From an uncultured Candidatus Rokubacteria bacterium (GTDB lineage Bacteria; Methylomirabilota; Methylomirabilia; Rokubacteriales; DASRDR01): 64,000 bases of DNA. The stretch covers positions 96,001-160,000 of the forward strand of contig CAWDVE010000017.1 of NCBI GenBank assembly GCA_963805625.1. The letters run 5' to 3'. The translations under genes were made by a program, and so were the position numbers. Positions 34,541 to 43,466 of the stretch are shown in pieces. The notes under the pieces were generated by a model. It worked only from the letters and a program-made list of their open reading frames with translations. It was not told the origin of the DNA and did not search any database. Each line of letters starts with the position of its first letter. Position 1 is the first letter of the stretch.

Positions 34541-35269
34541 GTGAAGCCTCTGCGGGGCACCACCGCGTCCCGGCCCCGTGTCGTCGTCGGGCTCGCCCTG
34601 ATGCTCGCGGCCGGCTGCACGGCGCCGCGGATCGTGCCGGTCCCGGCCGCGGGCGTTCAGATCGACGCGGCGCAGGGCCTCGCCAGCATCGCCGCGGACG
34701 GGGTCGAGCTGGTCGTGCAGCCGTCGGCCTGGCGCGGGAGCCCCTGGGACCTTCGCGACTACGTGACGCCGTTCCTCGTCACTCTCTCGAACGGCGCCGG
34801 TGCCCCGGTTGAGTACGACTACCCGGACCTCCGGCTCTTCGACGACGCTCGATTCCAGTACACGGCGCTCCCCGCCGCCGAGGTCGAGCGCATCCTTCGC
34901 TGGCGCGCTGGCGGCGAGGTGCGCCTGGCCGCCATCAGCTCACCGCCACCCGTCATCCACCGGCGGGTCGTTCCCGATCCATCCGACTGGTGGTGGGACC
35001 GGTACGGGTGGTGGGACCGGTACGGATGGTATGGCTGGCCCTGGTACTATCCCGGGCTCCCGCCCGTCAGCGACGTCTACCTCCGCGCGCTGCCGATGGG
35101 CGCGCTCCAGCCCGGCGCGCGGCTCGAGGGCTTCGTCTACTTCCCCCGCCTCCGCGCCGACGCCCGCGGCTTGACGCTCGAGTTCCACCATCGGCTGGGC
35201 GAGCTCCCCCGCGTCCTGACGCTCCGCTTCGAGGTCGAGCGGGACGGGGCCGGCGGGCCCGGCGGGTAG
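34541..35269 (+). CDS. Hypothetical lipoprotein with W/Y/G-rich insert
   Basis: Lipobox LAAGC; WWDRYG x2 repeat; GFVYF C-terminal strand. Confidence 0.75.
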   Translation: MKPLRGTTASRPRVVVGLALMLAAGCTAPRIVPVPAAGVQIDAAQGLASIAADGVELVVQPSAWRGSPWDLRDYVTPFLVTLSNGAGAPVEYDYPDLRLFDDARFQYTALPAAEVERILRWRAGGEVRLAAISSPPPVIHRRVVPDPSDWWWDRYGWWDRYGWYGWPWYYPGLPPVSDVYLRALPMGALQPGARLEGFVYFPRLRADARGLTLEFHHRLGELPRVLTLRFEVERDGAGGPGG

Positions 35270-35286
35270 GGACGCGTCCAGTCGTC

Positions 35287-35916
35287 ATGAACCTCGAGGG
35301 GCTCGCCGGGCTCGTGCTCGATCCCGGCATCCCGCCTCTCGCGATCTACACCGTCGTCTTCCTGAGCTGCATTCTCGAGAGCTTCTTCCCTCCGTGGCCC
35401 ACGGACGTGCTCGTGCTCTACGCTGGATTCCTCGCCGGGCGAGGCCAGCTCGAGCCCGGCATCGTCGTGGCCGTCGCGATCGCGGGCACCCAGGTGGGCG
35501 TGATGGCTACCTTCTGGCTGGCCCGGCGCTGGGGTCCGGCGCTCCTCGCGGGCCCTCTCGGGCGACTGTTCCGCGCGGATCGACTGGCGCAGCTCGAGCG
35601 CTGGTTCGCCCGCTACGGGGTGCCGGCCGTGGCGATCTCCCGCTTCTTCCCGGGCATTCGCGCGCTGGTGATGCCGGCGGCCGGCCTGGCCCGCTTCTCG
35701 GCCTGGAAGGTCCTGTGGTGGGCGGGACTCTCGGTCGTCGTCTGGAATTCGCTCGTGGTGTGGCTCGGCGTGCTGACCGGCGCGCATCTCGAGTGGGCCA
35801 GGCAGGTGCTGGTGGGCTACAACACCGTCGCGTTCGGGATCGTGGCGGTCGGGCTCGTCGCGGCCGGCCTTGCGCTCTTTTGCCGCGCCCGTGCCCGGCG
35901 CTCGACGAGCCCGTGA
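35287..35916 (+). CDS. DedA-family membrane protein
   Basis: LESFFPPWP.D, F.RYG, SRFFPGIR, AG motifs. Confidence 0.92.
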   Translation: MNLEGLAGLVLDPGIPPLAIYTVVFLSCILESFFPPWPTDVLVLYAGFLAGRGQLEPGIVVAVAIAGTQVGVMATFWLARRWGPALLAGPLGRLFRADRLAQLERWFARYGVPAVAISRFFPGIRALVMPAAGLARFSAWKVLWWAGLSVVVWNSLVVWLGVLTGAHLEWARQVLVGYNTVAFGIVAVGLVAAGLALFCRARARRSTSP

Positions 35917-35929
35917 GCGGCGCGTCCGG

Positions 35930-37114
35930 CTACTCGAGCACCTCCAGGACGAGTCCCGTCAGGTAGCGCGTCTCGGGCACCGCCAGGAGCACCGGGTGGT
36001 CCCGGGCCTGGCTCACCCGAGCCGCGACGCGCACCGGGCGCCCGACGTCCTCGGTCGCCGCGCGACAGACCTCCTCGAAGAGGGCCGGGCTCACGTGGTG
36101 GGAGCAGGAGAAGGTGGCGAGGAGCCCGCCCGGCCGGAGGCAGCGGAACGCGCGCAGGTTGATCTCCTTGTACCCGCGCAGCGCCGCGTCGACCATCGAC
36201 CGCCGCCGGGTGAAGGGCGGCGGATCGAGGATGACCAGGTCGAAGCGGCGGCCATCTCGCTCGAAGGCGCGGAGCGTGTCGAAGGCGTTGGCCTCGAGAA
36301 CGTCGTGGCGCGCCGCGCTGCCGGGCGGCGTGTTCGCGGCGAGATGCGCCGCAGCGCGCGCGCAGGCGGCGCTGGAGCTGTCGAGCGCCAGCACGGACGT
36401 GGCGCCGCTCCGCAGCGCCCAGGCGGCGAAGGCGCCCGTGTAGGCGAAGGCGTCCAGCACCGCCCGTCCGGCCGCCCGGGCCCCGATTTGGGCGCGATTC
36501 TCTCGCTGGTCGAGGTAGAAGCCCGTCTTCTGGCCGCCCTCGAGGTCCACGCGGAATCGACACGGCCCCTCGCGGATCTCGATCGCGCTCTCCGCCTGGC
36601 CCACGAGCCAGCCGCTCAGGTCGTCGAACCCCTCGATGGCCGCGGCCGTGGGGTCACCGCGGCGGTAGACCGCCCGCGTGCCGGTGACCTCGGCCGCCAG
36701 CTCGGCCAGCCGGCCGGCCCGCGCCGCGATTCCCCGCGTCAGCGCCTGGAGGGCGAGGACGTCGCCGTAGCGGTCGACGATGAGCCCCGGCAGGTGGTCG
36801 CCCTCGCCGAAGACGACGCGCGCGGCATCCCCGTCGTAGCCCAGGGTTCCCCGGAAGGCCCAGGCAGCGTGAAGACGCCGGCGGAGGAAGCCGTCGTCGA
36901 CGGGCTCGTCGTGCCGCGTCACCAGCCGGCACACGATCTGGGGGCGGGGATTGTAGAAGCCACGCCCGAGGACGCGGCCGTCCGCGGCGCAGACCGTGAC
37001 CGCCTCGTCGTCCTTCCAGGTGCCGTCGAGCCGCGCAACGTCGGCCCGGTAGATCCAGGGGTGGCCGCCGCGGATCCGCGCCTCGCGCCGGGGACGAAGG
37101 ACGAGCCGCGTCAC
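35930..37114 (-). CDS. RlmI/RlmK-family rRNA methyltransferase
   Basis: GHPWIY PUA domain, GD.LPGLIVDRY, GQKTGFYLDQR.NR, DPPPF, TFSCS. Confidence 0.92.
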   Translation of the reverse strand: MTRLVLRPRREARIRGGHPWIYRADVARLDGTWKDDEAVTVCAADGRVLGRGFYNPRPQIVCRLVTRHDEPVDDGFLRRRLHAAWAFRGTLGYDGDAARVVFGEGDHLPGLIVDRYGDVLALQALTRGIAARAGRLAELAAEVTGTRAVYRRGDPTAAAIEGFDDLSGWLVGQAESAIEIREGPCRFRVDLEGGQKTGFYLDQRENRAQIGARAAGRAVLDAFAYTGAFAAWALRSGATSVLALDSSSAACARAAAHLAANTPPGSAARHDVLEANAFDTLRAFERDGRRFDLVILDPPPFTRRRSMVDAALRGYKEINLRAFRCLRPGGLLATFSCSHHVSPALFEEVCRAATEDVGRPVRVAARVSQARDHPVLLAVPETRYLTGLVLEVLE

Positions 37115-37186
37115 GGAGCCAGACTTTCACCTCCGAACAGTTCGCGCAACACGGCCCGCGCGTGTCCGGAAGTCGAAGTCCGCGGC

Positions 37187-37966
37187 CTAGCGGGCGCGGA
37201 GTACGGCGATCATCACGAGCGCGGCGGCGCTCTTCTCGAGGGGGCGTCTCAGGCTGAAGTTCGAGAACCACCCGCAGAGCTCCCAGCCGCCGGCCAGCTC
37301 GACGAGCACCCGCAGCTCCTGCGGGAACACGATGCGAGTCGGGTGCCGCTGAACCACGGTGCGAGTCCGGCCCTTCTCGCTGATGTCGAACCGCATGACC
37401 TCCCGGCAGACCTGGCGCGCAACGTCGTAATCGAGCAGCGTCTGGAAGGTCGTGCGGACGGTGATTCCCCGCCGTTGCCGCGTCCAGGTCCAGCGAGCGC
37501 CCAGGCTCCAGCCGTTCGGCACCAGCCGGTCGAAGATGAACAGGCCGCCCGGGCGGACATTCCGTCGAACCGCCCGGAAGTGAGCCAGGAGCGCCGCCGT
37601 CTCGAGCAGGTGTCCCTGGGAGTCCTGCATGCAGATCGCCGCGTCGACGGGCTTGGGCAGGCGGAAGTCCGTCATGTCCCCGACGACGGTCGCCACGTCG
37701 AGGCCGCCGCGCGCCGCCTCCGCGTCGAGGAACGCGATCGAGGGCGCCGAGAGGTCCAGCGCGGTCATGCGATAGCCGCGCCGGGCCAGGCGGAGGCTGT
37801 GATGGCCCGTCCCGCACGCGACGTCGAGGACGTGGCGGACCGATCCACGCGCGTACTTCCGGAAGCACGCGGCCAGGAAGTCGGTCTCCGCCTTCCGGTT
37901 GAGCTCGAAGGCGATGTGGTAGTAGAGCGGCGCGGCGTAGGGGGTCGTCCGCCGGCGGGCCGTCAT
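37187..37966 (-). CDS. Class I SAM-dependent methyltransferase, coupled to speB
   Basis: VLDVACGTG, LDLS, GDM.DF, RPGGLFIFD; ATGA overlap with speB stop. Confidence 0.88.
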   Translation of the reverse strand: MTARRRTTPYAAPLYYHIAFELNRKAETDFLAACFRKYARGSVRHVLDVACGTGHHSLRLARRGYRMTALDLSAPSIAFLDAEAARGGLDVATVVGDMTDFRLPKPVDAAICMQDSQGHLLETAALLAHFRAVRRNVRPGGLFIFDRLVPNGWSLGARWTWTRQRRGITVRTTFQTLLDYDVARQVCREVMRFDISEKGRTRTVVQRHPTRIVFPQELRVLVELAGGWELCGWFSNFSLRRPLEKSAAALVMIAVLRAR

Positions 37967-38832
37967 CGCCGCCCCCACCATGTGAGGATCGCATCGCGAA
38001 CGATCGCGGCGGCCGTGATCCCGGTGCGCCCCGAGGGATCCCAGCGTGGGGAGACCTCCACCAGGTCGAAGCCGATCACCCGCGCGGCGCCGAGGTGCCG
38101 GAGCGCCGCGAGGAGATCCGGCACGCTGATGCCGCCCGGCTCGGGCGCGCCCGTCCCGGGAGCGATCGACGGGTCCAGCACGTCGATGTCGATCGTCACG
38201 TAGAGCGGCTGCCCCGCCAGCGCTCCGGCGATCGACGCCGCGGCGTCTCCCGCCGGACCCCCCCACCCCGGGAAGATATGCGTTCCGCGCGGCGGCTCCC
38301 ACTCCTCCCGATCCCCGGTCCGGAGACCGATCTGGTAGAGACGGTCGGCCCCGAGATGGTCGAGCACCCGCGTCATCGCCGAGGCGTAGTTCCACGACTC
38401 GCCGAGGTACTCGCCACGGAGATCCGGGTGGGCGTCGAATTGGACCACGCGAAGGTCCGGGTAGTGCTCGAGCGCCACTTCGACGACGGCCGCCGTCGTG
38501 GTGTGGTCGCCCCCGAGGAGCGCCCATCGCTGGGAGGGCACGAGCACCTGCCGAAGCTCGGCCGCCACGGCCTGGAGGGCCTCGCGCGGCGAGACGTCCG
38601 GAACCTGGACGTCACCCGCATCCGCGAGAGCCAGATCGGCGAGGTCGGCGGCGAGGTGGGGGGCGTAGGTCTCGATGAGGTCCGACGCCCGGCGGATCTC
38701 CCCGGGCCCCTGAAACGCGCCCTTGCGCTGGTTGACCCGGCCCTCGAAGGGGATGCCGTAGAGGACGACGTCGGCCCCCGCGACCTCCGGGCGCGCGGAC
38801 AGGAAGCGGGGGCGGGCGGGAGTCAGAGGCAT
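37963..38832 (-). CDS. speB: Agmatinase-family ureohydrolase
   Basis: GP..IR.AS, LGGDH, DAHPD, DIDVLDP, GTG.PEPGG, DLVEV. Confidence 0.9.
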   Translation of the reverse strand: MPLTPARPRFLSARPEVAGADVVLYGIPFEGRVNQRKGAFQGPGEIRRASDLIETYAPHLAADLADLALADAGDVQVPDVSPREALQAVAAELRQVLVPSQRWALLGGDHTTTAAVVEVALEHYPDLRVVQFDAHPDLRGEYLGESWNYASAMTRVLDHLGADRLYQIGLRTGDREEWEPPRGTHIFPGWGGPAGDAAASIAGALAGQPLYVTIDIDVLDPSIAPGTGAPEPGGISVPDLLAALRHLGAARVIGFDLVEVSPRWDPSGRTGITAAAIVRDAILTWWGRR

Positions 38833-38890
38833 GGTCGGTGACGGAGGGTGGCCGGGTCTCGCGGACGCGCCCGGGCGCTGGCGCGGCGCC

Positions 38891-39373
38891 CTACAGCAGA
38901 TCGTCCTCCGAGAGGAGCGCGACGGCGGCCAGGGCGCAGCCGGCCCGCTCGACCCGGTGGTCCACCGCAACGACTTTCACCTCGCGGATGGCCTCGCCGC
39001 GCACGCGGAAGGCCTCGGCCAGCATCCCGCGGATCGCTTCTTCGGCCGTGCCGCGGTCGGTGACGTCGTGGAACTCCATGATCACCCCGGCCTTCGTGCG
39101 GTCGACGGGCAAGGCGTAGCCGACGGCGGCCGCGATGATCTGACCGGGCGTCGTGCTTGTCATGGCCGCGTAGGCGGTTGGCACCAGCGCCCCGGGTTTG
39201 ATCTGGGGCAGATCGACGATGTCGACCTCCGGCGGGACGATGCTGGAGACCTTGATCAGGTTGACGTTGCCGATGCCGGCCGCCAGCAGCGCGTTGTCGA
39301 ACGCGTTCAGCGGCGTTCCGCCCTCGGCCGTGCCCGCCGTCACCGATGCCTTGGTCACCTGCTTCCAGAACAT
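38891..39373 (-). CDS. pdaD: Pyruvoyl-dependent arginine decarboxylase
   Basis: LNAFDNAL..AGI.N.NLIKVSSIVP with the SS autocleavage site; GGAGGTG SD. Confidence 0.9.
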   Translation of the reverse strand: MFWKQVTKASVTAGTAEGGTPLNAFDNALLAAGIGNVNLIKVSSIVPPEVDIVDLPQIKPGALVPTAYAAMTSTTPGQIIAAAVGYALPVDRTKAGVIMEFHDVTDRGTAEEAIRGMLAEAFRVRGEAIREVKVVAVDHRVERAGCALAAVALLSEDDLL

Positions 39374-39448
39374 CGCCACCTCCCTCCGCGCCGCTTTCGT
39401 CACGCGAGCGGCGTGCCCGAACGTCGTCTTCGCCCGCGGCCGGTCGTC

Positions 39449-39516
39449 ATCATCACTGGCACGAAAGTAAAACGCAAGCATTTTTTCCTTGCGCTGTCTC
39501 GTTCGTGCTCTATAAT
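39449..39516. promoter_or_regulatory. Back-to-back divergent promoters of the polyamine cluster
   Basis: Plus strand TTGCGC-N16-TATAAT (39489-39516); minus strand TTGCGT-N17-GATGAT (39477-39449); AT-rich island. Confidence 0.6.
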
Positions 39517-39645
39517 TCAGCCGACTTTCGCCCTGTGTCGCGTCGGCGAAGACGATGCCGCGGCGACAGCGAGCGCGACGCCAACGAGACGGTGTCGCAG
39601 TTCGATGATCGACGCCCGTCGCGGGCAAGGAGAGGGGGTCGGTAA

Positions 39646-40074
39646 TTGGAGAGTCTGGGTCGTCACCTGCTGCTCGAGCTGTATGACTGCAGCTCCGAGG
39701 TCCTCAACAGCCTTGAGTCCGTGAAGCGCGCGATGGTCGAGGCCGCCAAGCGGGCGGAGGCCACGATCATCGACGTCGTCTTTCACGAGTTCAACCCGTT
39801 CGGGATCTCCGGCGTGGTGGTGATCGCCGAGTCCCATCTCTCGATCCACACGTGGCCCGAGCACCGGTACGCCGCCGTGGACATCTTCTCGTGCGGCGAG
39901 ACGCTCAAGCCGGCGGAGGCCGCCAACTACCTTGTGGAGCAGTTCGGCGCGAGCCGGGCGTCCTGCGTGGAGGTCAAGCGGGGCGTCTTTCCCGGCATGG
40001 CTGGACTCGCGAACAAGGTTAAGGAGGGCGTCGCCGCGAATGGCGCTACAGAGTCCCTACAAATGGTTTTTTGA
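39646..40074 (+). CDS. speD: S-adenosylmethionine decarboxylase proenzyme
   Basis: GRHLL.EL, F.P.G.SGVVVIAESHLSIHTWPE, DIFSCG; TTG start. Confidence 0.95.
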   Translation: MESLGRHLLLELYDCSSEVLNSLESVKRAMVEAAKRAEATIIDVVFHEFNPFGISGVVVIAESHLSIHTWPEHRYAAVDIFSCGETLKPAEAANYLVEQFGASRASCVEVKRGVFPGMAGLANKVKEGVAANGATESLQMVF

Positions 40075-40957
40075 GACCACGACGTCGGTCGAGGGGCACG
40101 CGCACGCGATTCTCCGGACGATTTTTGCCCTTCGCACCGAGTTCCAGCAGATGGAGATCCTCGAGACGGCGAGCTACGGCAAGTGCCTCGTCCTGGACGG
40201 GCGCATTCAGTCGAGCGTCGCCGACGACTTCATCTACCACGAGACCCTGGTTCACCCGGCCATGATCCTCCACCCCCATCCCGAGAGCGCGCTGGTCATC
40301 GGGGGCGGAGAGGGGGCGACGCTCCGCGAGATCCTCCGCTATCCGTCGATCCGGCGAGCCGTCATGGTGGACATCGACGGCCGCGTCGTCGACGCTTGCC
40401 GGACCCATCTCCCCGAGATGCATCAGGGCGCCTTCGACGACCCTCGCACCGAGCTCCGGCACGAGGACGCGCGCGGCTGGCTCGCGCGTACGCCCGAGCG
40501 GTTCGACGTGGCCATCGTGGACCTCACGGAGCCCTTGGAGGCTGGCCCCGCATGCCTCCTGTTCACCCGGGAGTTCTACCAGCTCCTGAGCGACCGTCTG
40601 ACACCGCACGGCACGCTGGCGCTCCAGGCCGGCATGACGAAGCTCGGGGAGCTGGACTTCTACGCGGCCATGAACCGCACGCTCCAGGCCGTCTTCCCGT
40701 TCGTAGGACCCTACCAGTCGTTCATTCCCTGCTTCGGGACGCCGTGGGGCTTCGCCGTGTGCGGCAAGCGCGACGACCCCATGGCGTTGACCCCGGCCGT
40801 CATCGACCGGCGGGTGGCCGAGCGTGTGACGGGGCCGCTACGCTTCTATGACGGCCTCGCGCACCAGCACATGCTGAGCCTGCCCGTGTTCCTGCGGAAG
40901 GTCGTCGCCGACTGCACCCGCGTCATCACGGACGCCGAGCCGCTGATCGTCGGATAG
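40040..40957 (+). CDS. speE: Polyamine aminopropyltransferase
   Basis: LVLDG.IQS, YHETLVHP, IGGGEGATLRE, VDID, IVDL.EP, LFT.EFY. Confidence 0.93.
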   Translation: MALQSPYKWFFETTTSVEGHAHAILRTIFALRTEFQQMEILETASYGKCLVLDGRIQSSVADDFIYHETLVHPAMILHPHPESALVIGGGEGATLREILRYPSIRRAVMVDIDGRVVDACRTHLPEMHQGAFDDPRTELRHEDARGWLARTPERFDVAIVDLTEPLEAGPACLLFTREFYQLLSDRLTPHGTLALQAGMTKLGELDFYAAMNRTLQAVFPFVGPYQSFIPCFGTPWGFAVCGKRDDPMALTPAVIDRRVAERVTGPLRFYDGLAHQHMLSLPVFLRKVVADCTRVITDAEPLIVG

Positions 40958-41012
40958 AGCAGGCTCCGCCCGCGCGGCGCCGGCGGCGGTCCTCTCCGGT
41001 CGTGCGGCTCGC

Positions 41013-41609
41013 GTGCGCCTGATCCTGGCCTCGGCATCCCCCCGTCGGCGCGAGCTTCTTGCGCGACTCGGCGTACCCTTCGAGGTGCGCCCGAGCGGGA
41101 TCGAGGAGAGGCTCACCCTGGGGATCCCGCCGTCGGCGCTGGCCACGGCCCTCGCCCGGGCCAAGGCTCTGGACATCGCCGAGCAGCTCCGCGGGGCGGG
41201 GGAATCGCCGGCCCTGATCCTGGGGGCGGACACGCTCGTCGTGCTCGACGGCCAGCCGCTGGGCAAGCCCGCCACGCGGGACGAGGCGCGCGCCATGCTT
41301 CGCGCGCTCCGCGGCCGGAGTCACGAGGTCGTCACGGCCGTGGTGCTGCGGCTCGACGACCCGGGCGGGCGCGAGGCGGCGGCGGCCGTCACGAGCCAGG
41401 TTCTCATGCGCTCCTACACCGACCTCGAGATCGACGCCTACGTCGCCACCGGCGAGTGCGACGACAAGGCCGGCGCCTATGCCGTGCAGGGCGTCGGGGG
41501 GCACCTCGTCACCCGGGTCGAGGGCTGCTACACGAACGTCGTGGGCCTACCGCTCGGGACGACGGCCCGCCTCCTCCGTGCGTTCGGGCTTGCGCCGACC
41601 GACGCCTGA
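41013..41609 (+). CDS. maf: Maf-family nucleoside triphosphate pyrophosphatase
   Basis: LILASASPRRRELL, GADTLV, GKP, DKAGAY.VQG, NVVGLP. Confidence 0.95.
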   Translation: MRLILASASPRRRELLARLGVPFEVRPSGIEERLTLGIPPSALATALARAKALDIAEQLRGAGESPALILGADTLVVLDGQPLGKPATRDEARAMLRALRGRSHEVVTAVVLRLDDPGGREAAAAVTSQVLMRSYTDLEIDAYVATGECDDKAGAYAVQGVGGHLVTRVEGCYTNVVGLPLGTTARLLRAFGLAPTDA

Positions 41610-41627
41610 GCGTCGCCGGGGAGTTCG

Positions 41628-42704
41628 CTAGGGCGGTGGCGGGGACGCCCCGAGCTGACGCCGAGCCTCGGCGACGCCAGGCGGCGGAGCGAGGTCGTCC
41701 GGGCCCACGGTGAGCGAGACCGGCCAGGGGCTGCCGCCCCCGCGGAGCACGCGAATGGTCGCCTCGAACCCTTCCCGAGTCACGTCACCGGTTCCGGCGT
41801 AGGCCGCCTGCTGCGCGGCGAGCCGCGCCTCGAAGCGCGCGCGGTCACCGACGAGCGCGGGCGGCAGCCGCTCGGCGACGCCCGCCGGCGGGGTGGTCGC
41901 GAGCCAGGCCTGGACTCGGGCCACCGCGCGCACGTAGGCGGCGAGGGCGGTCTCGGGCGGCGGCTCGATGCGGGCCGGCGTCCCCTTCTTGGCATCCGCT
42001 CCGGCCTTCGACGTGTCCTTCTTGTCCTTGTCGTCCTTGGACGGGGTGACCGCGACGCTCACCACCTCGTAGAACGGGCCGCCGAGGACGCGCTCGACCT
42101 CCGATGGCTGCCGGAAGTCGATCAGGACGCCGGCGCGCCCCGCGGCGAGAAGCCGGCTCGCCCAGGGTTCCTCGACCATCGCGGCCGCCAGATCGCCGGT
42201 ACCCAGCTGCGCCAGGAGCGCCGTGCTCCCGACGCTCCGCGTGTCGACCTGCCAGGGCTGGATGCGGGCTCCGCGGAGAACCGCGGCCAGCAAGAGATGC
42301 CCCGTGGTCCCCGGGCCGGGGATTCCCACCGGCTTGCCCCGGAGATCCTCGACCCGGCGCACGGTATCCCGGGCAGCCGGGGCGACCAGGAGGGCGACCG
42401 CGGGCGCTCGCAGGTGCGCGGCCAGCACCTGCACCGGAATCTTCCGCGCCCAGGCGCCCCGGATCGCCTCGTCGAGCGTCGTCACCGCGATCCCGGTCTC
42501 CCGGTCCCTGAGCGCCGTCACGGCTCCGGTGGGATGCTTCGCGCGCTTGAGCGTCACCTTGACGCCCTCGGCCTCGAACGTCCCGAGCGCCACCGCGGCG
42601 TGGACCGGGAGGTACGCCGGGTCCTCCGCGGGCGCGCCCACGGCCACCGTCAACGATTGCGGTTCTGCCACGGCGGCCCGGGCGAGCAGGAGTCCACCGA
42701 GCAC
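41628..42704 (-). CDS. ABC transporter substrate-binding protein (NMT1/SsuA-like), no permease nearby
   Basis: YLPVHAA...G.F..EG..V, VEDLRGK.VGI..PG, EPW; start uncertain. Confidence 0.78.
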   Translation of the reverse strand: MLGGLLLARAAVAEPQSLTVAVGAPAEDPAYLPVHAAVALGTFEAEGVKVTLKRAKHPTGAVTALRDRETGIAVTTLDEAIRGAWARKIPVQVLAAHLRAPAVALLVAPAARDTVRRVEDLRGKPVGIPGPGTTGHLLLAAVLRGARIQPWQVDTRSVGSTALLAQLGTGDLAAAMVEEPWASRLLAAGRAGVLIDFRQPSEVERVLGGPFYEVVSVAVTPSKDDKDKKDTSKAGADAKKGTPARIEPPPETALAAYVRAVARVQAWLATTPPAGVAERLPPALVGDRARFEARLAAQQAAYAGTGDVTREGFEATIRVLRGGGSPWPVSLTVGPDDLAPPPGVAEARRQLGASPPPP

Positions 42705-42767
42705 GAGACCCCGCGCCAGCGCCCGCTTGCGCCGCCTGGCGTCCGTCGTCCTTATAATGAGACCCCC

Positions 42768-43466
42768 ATGCTGGCGCCTCCGCCGCTCCTGCCACGGCCC
42801 GACCCCGATCGTCGCCGCCTGCTCCGGCTCTACGACCGCCTCCATCGACGGTACGGCCCGCAGCGCTGGTGGCCGGCCCCCTCCCGCTTCGAGGTCGTGG
42901 TCGGGGCGATCCTCACGCAGAACGCCGCCTGGCGCAACGCCGAGCGGGCGATCGCGCGGCTCCGCGCCGCCGGGGTCCTCGACCTCCGCGGCGTCCTCGC
43001 GCTGCCCTTGGCCCGGCTCCCCCTGCTCATCCGTCCCTCCAGGACGTTTCGCGTGAAGGCCCGCCGTCTCCGCGCCTTCGCCCGGCACGTCGCGCGGCGC
43101 CACCGGGGACGCCTCGCCCGGCTTCTCGCCCTCCCGCTTCCGGCGCTCCGCGCCGAGCTTCGCGGGATTGCCGGCATCGGACCGGAGACCGCCGACGCCA
43201 TCGCGCTCTATGCCGCCGGCCGTCCGATCTTCGTCGTCGACGCCTACACGCGGCGGATCCTGGCGCGGCACCGGCTGGTCGCGCCCGACGCGGACTACGC
43301 GACCGTCCAGACACTCTTCATGGCGCACTTGCCGCACGACCCCGCGCTCTTCAACGAATTCCACGCGCTCTTGGTCCGGGCCGGCAAGGAGCACTGCCGG
43401 ACGCGGCCGCGCTGCGAGGGCTGCCCTCTCCGGTTCGACCTCCGGGGCCGGCGACCCCGGCTCTAG
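42768..43466 (+). CDS. HhH-GPD endonuclease III-related DNA glycosylase
   Basis: WWPA, GAILTQN, GIGPETAD, FVVDAYT.R, C..RP.C..CPL; TATAAT 9 nt upstream. Confidence 0.9.
   Translation: MLAPPPLLPRPDPDRRRLLRLYDRLHRRYGPQRWWPAPSRFEVVVGAILTQNAAWRNAERAIARLRAAGVLDLRGVLALPLARLPLLIRPSRTFRVKARRLRAFARHVARRHRGRLARLLALPLPALRAELRGIAGIGPETADAIALYAAGRPIFVVDAYTRRILARHRLVAPDADYATVQTLFMAHLPHDPALFNEFHALLVRAGKEHCRTRPRCEGCPLRFDLRGRRPRL

Noticed and set aside
37135-37145. CGAAC-A-GTTCG palindrome upstream of the rlmI-like gene as a LexA box
   Set aside because: Spacer is 1 nt rather than the 4 nt of the Gram-positive box, and it is not seen at recA
39457-39475. TGGCACG as a sigma54 -24 element in the polyamine intergenic region
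   Set aside because: No GC at the -12 position; the same applies to the minus-strand TGGCACG near 12778 and 25877
43351-43466. 116-bp convergent overlap of the DMT and endonuclease III-like genes
   Set aside because: The DMT tail is low-complexity run-on, typical of stop-poor high-GC DNA
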